A stretch of DNA of 32,000 nucleotides from Rhodobacter capsulatus SB 1003. GTDB taxonomy: Bacteria > Pseudomonadota > Alphaproteobacteria > Rhodobacterales > Rhodobacteraceae. Below the pieces are notes generated by a model. The model had not been told where the DNA came from. It saw only the letters and a list, made by a program, of their open reading frames with translations, and ran no database searches. Positions within the stretch are counted from its first letter, which is position 1. Each line of letters starts with the position of its first letter. A program made the translations under genes and the position numbers. Location: assembly GCF_000021865.1 (NCBI RefSeq), contig NC_014034.1, forward strand, positions 3,060,001 to 3,092,000. The letters are read 5' to 3'. This document shows positions 25,857-32,000 of this stretch, in pieces.

Positions 25857-28235
25857 ATGTTTTCATGGTTGAATGCGTTGGATCTCTCGCGGCGTCTGCC
25901 GGTGATGATGACGCTTGTCGCGCTGGTGGCGGGGCTTTGTGCCGCCCTGCCCGCCTATCTGATCACCCGGCAGGCACTGCTGGAAAGCTCCGAGGCGACG
26001 CTTGACACGCTGGCCCGCGGCCCCGAACAGACGCTGGGCCTGCTGCTCGACGGCACCCGGGCCGATCTTTTGTCGATGGCGCAGGATCGCGCGCTTCAGC
26101 GCGCGCTAGTGGCGATGACAGCGGCCTTTGGCACGCTTCCCAACGCCCGGGAGAGGTTGCAAAAGACCTATATCGACGACAATCCGAACCCGCTTGGCGA
26201 AAAGAACCGGCTGGTTTCGGCGCAGGATGGCAGCCCCTATGACGCGCTGCATGCCGACCTGCATCCCGGCCTCGCCACGCGTCTGGCCGAGCGCGGCTTT
26301 TACGACATCTTCCTGATCGATCCGACGGGCAATGTCGTCTACACCGTCTTCAAGGAACGCGATTTCGCGACGAACCTTCAGACCGGCGAGGGCAAGGAGA
26401 CCGGGCTTGCCGCGGTCTTCCGCGAGGCGATGACGCTTCCCGGCGGGGGCGCCGCCTTTCGCGATTTCGCCCGTTACGCGCCGAGCGCCGATCTGCCCGC
26501 CGCCTTTGTCGCCGCGCCGGTTCTGGACGATGCCGGCAACCGGCTTGGCGTGATCGCGATCCAGCTGCCGATCGGGGCGATGAATGCCGCCGTGCAGAAT
26601 GTCACCGACGGCAGCGACAGCAAGGCCGCCTATCTGGTCGGGGCGGACGGGCTGTTGCGCTCGGATCTGACGGCGACGCCCGCGGACGACATCCTGACCA
26701 CGCGCGAGGACAACGCCGCGACCCGGGCCGCGCTGGCGGGCGAAACCGGTGTGCTGCGGGTGCAAGATGCGCGCGGGGATCGCTTCATCGCCTACCGGCC
26801 GCTGATGTTTCTGGGCACCAGATGGGCCTTGCTGACCAGTCAGTCGGCGCCCGAATTGTTGTCTCCGCTTTTCCGGATGAGCCTTGCGGTGCTGGGCATC
26901 GGCCTTCTTGTGATCGCGGCGGCGGCGGCGCTGGCGGTGCGGCTGTCCGGGTCGATCAGCGGGCCGCTGACCCGGCTCACCTTCGCGATGGACGAGGTCG
27001 GACAGGGGCATCTTGACAACGACGTGCCGCATCGCGACCGATCCGACGAAATCGGGCGCATGGCCCGCACGCTGGAACGGTTCCGGCTGGCGCTGGTGCA
27101 GGCGCATGAGACCGAAACCCGCCTTGCCGCCGAACGCGAAGCGAATGCCGCGCTGGAACGGGACCGCACACGGCAGGAAATCGAGCGCGAACGTCTGGAG
27201 CAACACCGCGCCCGCGAGGCCGAAGACGCCCGCCGCGCCGCGGAAGATGCCCGCCGCGCCGCCATCGACGCCGAACGCGCCACCGCCGACGCCGCCTTGC
27301 AACGCGTCGTGACCTCGCTCAGCGCGTCGCTTCGGGCGATGGCCGAGGGGCGGCTCGACGTGACGATCGATCAGTTCTCCGGCGAATCCTTCAAGACATT
27401 GCGCACCGATTTCAACGCCGCCGCCGACAGCCTGCGCCAGATCGTCAGCGAAATCTCGACCGCCGCCCGCAGCATCGGCACCGACAGCGACGAGATCGCG
27501 AATGCCGCCGTCAGCCTGTCGCGGCGGACGGAATCCTCGGCCGCGGCGCTGGACGAGACCGCCTCGGCCATGCATCAGATGCTGGCCGCGGTGGGCCAGA
27601 CCAATTCCGGGATCAACAGCGTGCGCAATCTGGCGCAGGATGCCTGTGACCGGGCGAGCCGGTCGCAGGTGACGATGCAGGCGGCGGTCGAGGCGATGCA
27701 GCGGATCGAAGCCTCCTCCCAGGCGATCACCCGGATCATCAACGTGATCGACGACATCGCCTTCCAGACCAATCTTCTGGCGCTGAATGCCGGGGTCGAG
27801 GCCGCCCGCGCCGGAGAGGCCGGTCGCGGCTTTGCCGTCGTCGCCTCGGAAGTGCGGGCTCTGGCGCAACGGGCGGCCGATTCCGCGGCGCAGATCGGCG
27901 CGCTGATTGCCGACAGTGGCGCCCAGGTGAGCGAAGGCGTGTCGCTGGTGCGCGATTGCGGCACGGCGCTGGAAACGATCTCCAGCGCGGTTTCCGACAT
28001 TTCCGGACGCGTCCGCGAGATCGCCGCAAGCGCCACCGAACAGGAACAGGGCATTTCCGAAGTGACCCGGGCGCTGGGGCAGCTTGATACCGCCACGCAG
28101 GAAAACGCCGCGATGTTCGAAGAGACCACCGCGGCAACCACCTCGCTTGCGGCGGCGGTCGCCGATCTGGGCAAGCTGATCGCGCATTTCCGCGGCTGGG
28201 AAGAGACGCCGCAGGCAGAGCGGCTGCGCGCCTGA
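25857..28235 (+). CDS. Methyl-accepting chemotaxis protein with periplasmic Cache-type ligand-binding domain
   Basis: 792 aa. Layout: TM1 [23 protein letters not shown]; ~300-aa periplasmic domain with a Cache-like core ([24 protein letters not shown]); TM2; HAMP; charged coiled coil; then the MCP signalling domain ([40 protein letters not shown]). Confidence 0.92.
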   Translation: MFSWLNALDLSRRLPVMMTLVALVAGLCAALPAYLITRQALLESSEATLDTLARGPEQTLGLLLDGTRADLLSMAQDRALQRALVAMTAAFGTLPNARERLQKTYIDDNPNPLGEKNRLVSAQDGSPYDALHADLHPGLATRLAERGFYDIFLIDPTGNVVYTVFKERDFATNLQTGEGKETGLAAVFREAMTLPGGGAAFRDFARYAPSADLPAAFVAAPVLDDAGNRLGVIAIQLPIGAMNAAVQNVTDGSDSKAAYLVGADGLLRSDLTATPADDILTTREDNAATRAALAGETGVLRVQDARGDRFIAYRPLMFLGTRWALLTSQSAPELLSPLFRMSLAVLGIGLLVIAAAAALAVRLSGSISGPLTRLTFAMDEVGQGHLDNDVPHRDRSDEIGRMARTLERFRLALVQAHETETRLAAEREANAALERDRTRQEIERERLEQHRAREAEDARRAAEDARRAAIDAERATADAALQRVVTSLSASLRAMAEGRLDVTIDQFSGESFKTLRTDFNAAADSLRQIVSEISTAARSIGTDSDEIANAAVSLSRRTESSAAALDETASAMHQMLAAVGQTNSGINSVRNLAQDACDRASRSQVTMQAAVEAMQRIEASSQAITRIINVIDDIAFQTNLLALNAGVEAARAGEAGRGFAVVASEVRALAQRAADSAAQIGALIADSGAQVSEGVSLVRDCGTALETISSAVSDISGRVREIAASATEQEQGISEVTRALGQLDTATQENAAMFEETTAATTSLAAAVADLGKLIAHFRGWEETPQAERLRA
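27222..27263 (+). repeat. 21-bp tandem duplication inside the MCP gene (EDARRAA x2)
   Basis: GAAGACGCCCGCCGCGCCGCG / GAAGATGCCCGCCGCGCCGCC, 19/21 identical, in frame. Confidence 0.9.
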
Positions 28236-28586
28236 GGCAGGGGCCCGCCAGGTCTCGGCTGCGGCCGGGCGCAGGCTCGAGCGCGGGCACAGCTTCGGCG
28301 GCGGGTCCGGGACGGTCGGGCGGCGGTTCGTCGTCAACACCGATCACGTCCAGATCGCGCGCCATCAAGCAGCCGAAGGCCAGCAGATCAAAGCTGTCCC
28401 CTTTGTCGGCGGTCTGATCCCCGAACCCGGGCCATGCGACGGCCGGTGTCATGGATATCTGCCGCGCCGAAAGCGGCTTGATTCCACTGGAAACGAATTG
28501 CATCACTGCTCCCGGGTTCTATGCCGCCGATCTGATGAAGCTGGCGGCGGCGATCGACGCGCTTGGCTGAGCCGCCCGGGGGCAAG

Positions 28587-29045
28587 ATGGGTTTTGTCTT
28601 TCGACATCTGCTGCTGTTCGTCCTGCCGATCGCGCTGGCGATCGGGCTGAACCTTGCCACGGCGCCCTTGCGGCGGGAGCTTTATCAGCGATCGGGCGCG
28701 TTTCTGCGCGATCTTTTCTCCAATGACCCGGAGCGTGTTCGGACCACGCTGGAGAAGGCGGGCCAAGGCGGCATCAGCCTGTCGGATGGGCTCGACTGGG
28801 GCCTGCGCGCGGCTGTGGTGATCGGGTTTCTGGCCTTTTCGCGGCTGATCCCGAAATCGGCCTCGTCACAAAGTGCGGTGAATTATCTGACCACGCTTTG
28901 CATCGGTTTCGGTTTTGCGAAACTCAATGGCGGGTTTGCCGGGCTGGACTGGGTGGAATTGGGCCTTTGCCTGATCATCGGGCTCTGTCTTGCGGTTGTG
29001 GGTCTGAGCCGACGGCTGACATCGCTGGCCAGACCCGTCAGCTGA
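28587..29045 (+). CDS. Hypothetical small integral membrane protein (about 4 predicted TM helices)
   Basis: 152 aa from MGFVFRHLLLFVLPIALAIGL, with four hydrophobic stretches. No family recognised. ATG 28587 is preferred over the track's TTG 28563. Confidence 0.5.
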   Translation: MGFVFRHLLLFVLPIALAIGLNLATAPLRRELYQRSGAFLRDLFSNDPERVRTTLEKAGQGGISLSDGLDWGLRAAVVIGFLAFSRLIPKSASSQSAVNYLTTLCIGFGFAKLNGGFAGLDWVELGLCLIIGLCLAVVGLSRRLTSLARPVS

Positions 29046-29297
29046 GCCAGCGGCAGACGGGTCTGACAACCGGATGGGATATGGTCGTCATGCCGGGCGG
29101 CGGCACCGCCCTGCAAGCGGAGCTTCGGCACCCCCGCCCCGAATTTCGCCGCCAGATGCGGTTCCGGAAATATTCGGCTTGGCAAGACGCGGCAAAGGGC
29201 CCCTTGCGCTTGTCGCGGTTCGTTCCGGGGCGTTATTTGCGGCCTGTCATGACACTCTCAACGGCGTGGAACTCGATCCCGGTCAAGCGCCGCGGGA

Positions 29298-29681
29298 TCA
29301 GGCGACCCGTTGCGCCGCCTTGCGCTTTGCATAGCGCAGGTCCCGGGCGGCCTTGCGGGCCGCGTCATCGGACAGCACCAGCGCAATGCGGCGCGCTTGC
29401 GCCTGTTTTCCCGCCTCGAGGGCCGCAACTTCGGCGGCTTTTCGCTGCGCCTCTGCCTCGGCCACTGCGGCGGCTTCGGCGGCGGCACTCTCCTGCGCTT
29501 TCCGCTTCTCCGCTTCGCGCGCCGCCTGCCTTGCGTCGCGCAACCGTGCCACCTCGGCGCGGGCAGCGCGCTTCAGGACCAGATCCGGCGCGGAAGTCGC
29601 GCTTTTGAATTTCTCCAGCAGCGCCACTTTGGCACTGATCGCATCGTGTCTGCGATCAGAATAGTCCTTGGTTTTCAACAT
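29298..29681 (-). CDS. DUF6481-like small Ala/Lys/Glu-rich protein
   Basis: 127 aa. The N-terminus (KDYSDRRHDAISAKVALLEKFKS), central AE/K-rich helix and C-terminal KAARDLRYAKRKAA resemble the DUF6481 pattern as I recall it. SD AAGGA lies upstream. Confidence 0.6.
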   Translation of the reverse strand: MLKTKDYSDRRHDAISAKVALLEKFKSATSAPDLVLKRAARAEVARLRDARQAAREAEKRKAQESAAAEAAAVAEAEAQRKAAEVAALEAGKQAQARRIALVLSDDAARKAARDLRYAKRKAAQRVA

Positions 29682-29732
29682 GCGATGTCCTTGATGTGCG
29701 GGATGAAGCCAACCGGATCCGTCCGGCCGGTT

Positions 29733-29945
29733 TCATGCGGTGGTTTTGGCGCGCAGAACGGCAATCGCCTTTCCGGCCTGTTCCCTTTCAAGACGCGCCG
29801 TTCTGAGCCGGAGGGTTTTGGCGGCGCGTTCGGAGATCTCGCTATCCTGTTCCTGCAGGGCGCGGGTGCGCTCCAGAAATTGCGATTGCGTCTTGCTGAA
29901 GGCGATTTCCGCAAGCTGACGCGCCTTGCTCATTTGACCAGACAT
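29733..29945 (-). CDS. Hypothetical 70-aa coiled-coil protein
   Basis: MSGQMSKARQLAEIAFSKTQSQFLERTRALQEQDSEISERAAKTLRLRTARLEREQAGKAIAVLRAKTTA. SD GGAGG lies 5 nt upstream of ATG 29945. The longer track ORF (to 30203) overlaps the next gene and is rejected. Confidence 0.55.
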   Translation of the reverse strand: MSGQMSKARQLAEIAFSKTQSQFLERTRALQEQDSEISERAAKTLRLRTARLEREQAGKAIAVLRAKTTA

Positions 29946-30028
29946 GAGAACCTCCGATGTCGAGAAAGCTGCAATCCGGCCCGGAAGGACGATTTCTCCC
30001 ACCGGCACCGCAGTATTCGGGCGCTGAA

Positions 30029-30054
30029 AACGAACCTGGCGGCGCGGGATTTCC
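30029..30054 (-). promoter_or_regulatory. EcfG-type (general stress sigma factor) promoter-like motif, GGAAA-N17-CGTT
   Basis: The minus strand reads GGAAATCCCGCGCCGCCAGGTTCGTT, about 85 nt upstream of the 70-aa ORF. The alphaproteobacterial EcfG consensus is GGAAC-N16-17-CGTT, so there is one mismatch. Confidence 0.35.
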
Positions 30055-30073
30055 GGCCCGCGCGGCGCAGCGG

Positions 30074-30370
30074 TTACGCGCAGCCGACGGGCTGTTCGAC
30101 CGCGCGCCGGGCGGTGTAGCCGACCAGGTCTTCCGGGACGAAACCGGCCGACCTTGCCGCGGCGGTAAAGGCACGCCGCGCCACCCCCACGGGAACCAGA
30201 CAATCCATGGCGGCTTCGACCTGCTTGAGGGCCGTCAACCGCGCCTCATCGGCAATCGGCCATCTTTTCAGCAACCAGTATTTCACTTGTTCGATCGTGC
30301 TGAACTGCTGCACGTCCCCTTCCGGAGACATGACGAAGGACAGGGGTTTCCCCCAGATAATTTCAATCAA
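30074..30370 (-). CDS. DUF982-like protein (start uncertain)
   Basis: The core ..PLSFVMSPEGDVQQFSTIEQVKYWLLKRWPIADEARLTALKQVEAAMDCLVPVGVARRAFTAAARSAGF matches the DUF982 pattern as I recall it (short beta segment, then x-W-P, then ARxAFxxAA). The track ORF start (30559) would overlap cspA. Candidate starts are TTG 30370 or ATG 30331. Confidence 0.55.
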   Translation of the reverse strand: MIEIIWGKPLSFVMSPEGDVQQFSTIEQVKYWLLKRWPIADEARLTALKQVEAAMDCLVPVGVARRAFTAAARSAGFVPEDLVGYTARRAVEQPVGCA

Positions 30371-30430
30371 CCGTAAGTCTTTCTTGAACGGGAAACGGGA
30401 AAAGCGGATCGCCTCTCCGACGTTGCCGGG

Positions 30431-30463
30431 AAAGCGGGTCCGGCCTCCGGCCGATCCCGCTTT
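30431..30463 (-). terminator. Compound stem-loop after the cspA stop
   Basis: The minus strand reads AAAGCGGG-AT-CGGCC-GGA-GGCCG-GA-CCCGCTTT, starting 17 nt after the stop at 30480. Confidence 0.5.
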
Positions 30464-30479
30464 CGATCTTGCCTGAATC

Positions 30480-30686
30480 TCAGGCGAGGACGAGATTCGT
30501 GGCCGACTCGCGGCCATTGCGATCCCGCTCGAGATCGAACGAAACCGCCTGGCCATCATTCAGCCCGCGGAGGCCCGCACGTTCCAGCGCGGTCACATGG
30601 ACGAAAACGTCCTTCGTGCCGCTTTCCGGGGCGATAAAGCCGAAACCTTTGATTGCATTGAACCATTTCACGGTGCCATTGGCCAT
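30480..30686 (-). CDS. cspA: Cold-shock protein (CSD, CspA family)
   Basis: 68 aa. MANGTVKWFNAIKGFGFIAPESGTKDVFVHVTAL carries the RNP1 (KGFGFI) and RNP2 (VFVHV) motifs. SD AAGGAG lies upstream of ATG 30686. Confidence 0.95.
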   Translation of the reverse strand: MANGTVKWFNAIKGFGFIAPESGTKDVFVHVTALERAGLRGLNDGQAVSFDLERDRNGRESATNLVLA

Positions 30687-30809
30687 CGTGTTCACTCCTT
30701 CAGGGGAATGCTGCCCGCAGAATGCGACAGCCCGGCTTGGTCAGACGAGAGAGCAGACTGAAGCCGATGAAGGAGACAGGGTGCGGTCGGGAAAAACTTC
30801 GCTGAAACC

Positions 30810-30837
30810 TGTATAGCTGAATTTGCAGATTTTGCAA
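30810..30837 (-). promoter_or_regulatory. Sigma-70-like promoter for cspA (TTGCAA-N16-TATACA), implying a ~120-nt 5' UTR
   Basis: The minus strand reads TTGCAAAATCTGCAAATTCAGCTATACA. It is the only good -35/-10 pair I see upstream of cspA. Confidence 0.45.
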
Positions 30838-31039
30838 CGAGTCTTTCGGGGTTTTCAAAACAATCCCTTTGCGAAGGGTCCGGGCGGGTTGCAGCCGCAA
30901 GCTGCATCCCGATGGGGCCTGTCGGCGGGGCTTGCGAGGCGAGGAAGACGCGGCCTCCACCAAATCTCCACAAACCCTGCGCAAATCATCGACGCGGGGC
31001 TGTCATGGGCCTGGCCGAACCGATCTGGGACCGATTGCC

Positions 31040-32000
31040 ATGACCTGCCCGCCCGTCTTGCCCCTTCTTCTTCTCTGCGCCCTGATCGCAACGCCGGTTT
31101 TCCGCCTGACGGCCGGGGTGCCGGAGGAGGAGAGCCCGCCGCCGCTGCGCCTTGGCATTGCCACCGTGACCGCCGAGCCGGTCGTGCTGTCGGACACCGT
31201 TCCGGGGCGGGTGGCGGCGTCGCGGCGGGTCGAGATCCGGCCGCAGGTCGGCGGGCTGATCCTTGAACGCCCTGCGGAGGGGGGCCGGGTCGCGGCGGGC
31301 GACGTGCTTTTCCGCCTCGATCCCGCGCCGCTCAGCGCCGAGCTGGCCAGTGCCGAGGCGGTTCTGGCCCGGGCCCTTGCCGCAAGGGATCAGGCCCGCC
31401 GTGCGCTGGGTCGGTCCGAAACCCTGCTGGCGCGCGATGTCACCAGCGCCGAAAAGACCGAGGCCGCCCGCAGCGATCTGGCCTTGGCCGAGGCCAGCCT
31501 GGCCGAGGCGCAGGCCAGTGTCGAACGCCGCAGGCTTGATCTGCAACAGGCCACGTTGAAGGCCCCGATCACGGGCCATGTCGCGGCAGGGGTGGCCGAG
31601 ATCGGCACGCTGGCCGTGCCGGGGGCCGACCGGCCGCTGGCGGTGGTTCAGGATCTCGACCGGGTTCACATCGATCTGCGGCTGCCCGCGACGCAGCTTG
31701 CGGCGATTCGGGCCGCCGCAGCGGCGGGGCTGGGCGATGTCGAGATTCTGGGCGATGACGCGCAGCCCCATCCGGCGCGGGGGCGGCTCGATTTTGCCGA
31801 TACCGTCATCGATCCCGGCACCGGCACCGTCACGCTGCGCGTCACGGTCGCAAACCCCGGCCTTGCGCTTTTGCCGGGCCAATATGTCCGGGCACGGCTG
31901 CCGCGCGGGGTGTTGCCCGCGGCGGTTCTGGTGCCCGAGGAAGCGGTCTTGCGCGACAGCGCGGGCGGCGCGCAGATCGTCGTCGTCTCGGACGGCAACC
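31040..32000 (+). CDS. Efflux RND transporter periplasmic adaptor (membrane fusion protein); 3' part beyond the window
   Basis: Hand translation (no in-window stop, so absent from the track): MTCPPVLPLLLLCALIATPVFRLTAG...TVTAEPVVLSDTVPGRVAASRRVEIRPQVGGLILERPAEGGRVAAGDVLFRLDPAPL...LDLQQATLKAPITGHV...IDPGTGTVTLRVTVANPGLALLPGQYVRARL. This shows the typical AcrA/MexA lipoyl, hairpin and beta-barrel motifs. Confidence 0.85.
   Translation, partial: MTCPPVLPLLLLCALIATPVFRLTAGVPEEESPPPLRLGIATVTAEPVVLSDTVPGRVAASRRVEIRPQVGGLILERPAEGGRVAAGDVLFRLDPAPLSAELASAEAVLARALAARDQARRALGRSETLLARDVTSAEKTEAARSDLALAEASLAEAQASVERRRLDLQQATLKAPITGHVAAGVAEIGTLAVPGADRPLAVVQDLDRVHIDLRLPATQLAAIRAAAAAGLGDVEILGDDAQPHPARGRLDFADTVIDPGTGTVTLRVTVANPGLALLPGQYVRARLPRGVLPAAVLVPEEAVLRDSAGGAQIVVVSDGN

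Noticed and set aside
25119-28506. ORFs 25119-25787 (-), 26106-28340 (-), 27575-28174 (-), and most of 27739-28506 (-)
   Set aside because: They are antisense to the XRE-cupin and MCP genes. Only the first ~70 codons of 27739-28506, outside the MCP gene, look coding-like; those are reported separately as a finding.
28883-29608. ORFs 28883-29185 (-), 28898-29608 (+), 29074-29334 (+), 29310-30119 (+), and others in the small-gene region
   Set aside because: They overlap better-supported genes on the other strand (the 4-TM protein and the DUF6481-like and 70-aa ORFs with SDs). They are Arg/Pro-rich with no start context.
30371-30559. N-terminal extension of the DUF982-like ORF (track start 30559)
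   Set aside because: It would overlap the 3' end of cspA and run through the cspA terminator hairpin. The DUF982-like core begins near 30370.
30692-31882. ORFs 30692-30973 (-), 30700-30984 (-), 30823-31266 (+) and 30986-31882 (-)
   Set aside because: They fall in the cspA leader/promoter region, or are antisense or out of frame to the clearly homologous RND adaptor gene that starts at 31040.
1-32000. Scan for CRISPR arrays, tRNA/rRNA genes, IS elements, integrases, phage genes, toxin-antitoxin pairs or known defence genes
   Set aside because: I saw no regularly spaced direct repeats, no cloverleaf-like or rRNA-like segments in the intergenic regions I read, and no transposase, recombinase, or defence-type ORFs. 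This was a by-eye scan, so tRNAscan/Infernal and ISfinder-type searches would be needed to be certain.

Overview
High-GC alphaproteobacterial chromosomal segment, Rhodobacteraceae-like by gene content; organism identity cannot be verified from the window. I can support 28 protein-coding genes. I saw no rRNA, tRNA, CRISPR array, transposase or integrase. Gene order, left to right: (1) pflA (3' end off-window) and pflB, glycyl-radical pyruvate formate-lyase. (2) A secreted S1 serine protease directly behind glcD-glcE-glcF (glycolate oxidase). (3) An SseB-family gene. (4) A kpsT-kpsE-kdsA capsule-export/Kdo module. (5) A complete AI-2 (Lsr) uptake and processing locus in a non-enterobacterial order: lsrG, an lsrE-like epimerase, lsrA, lsrC, lsrD, lsrB, lsrF, divergent from lsrR-lsrK. 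(6) A GcvT-domain FAD oxidoreductase (dimethylglycine/sarcosine dehydrogenase family) divergent from an XRE-cupin regulator. (7) A Cache-type methyl-accepting chemotaxis protein. (8) A visibly more A/T-rich stretch of small genes: a 4-TM protein, a DUF6481-like protein, a 70-aa coiled-coil protein, a DUF982-like protein and CspA. (9) The 5' part of an RND adaptor gene. pflA and the RND adaptor are missing from the ORF track because they run off the window edges; I translated both by hand. Most long track ORFs opposite these genes are high-GC shadow ORFs. I found no clear new multi-gene system, for example no defence-island hallmarks. The items most worth follow-up are: the Lsr locus architecture with an embedded divergent Rpe-like enzyme; mirrored TTGAAC-N5/7-TGTCAA candidate operators in the lsr control region; a tandem perfect palindrome (TGAAATTTCA x2) between the oxidoreductase and its XRE-cupin regulator; a KpsE-type protein with a ~265-aa Pro/Ala-rich N-terminal extension in a kps module lacking kpsM; and the small-protein cluster with an EcfG-like promoter motif. 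All family assignments rest on my recognition of motifs and remembered homologues, not on database searches.
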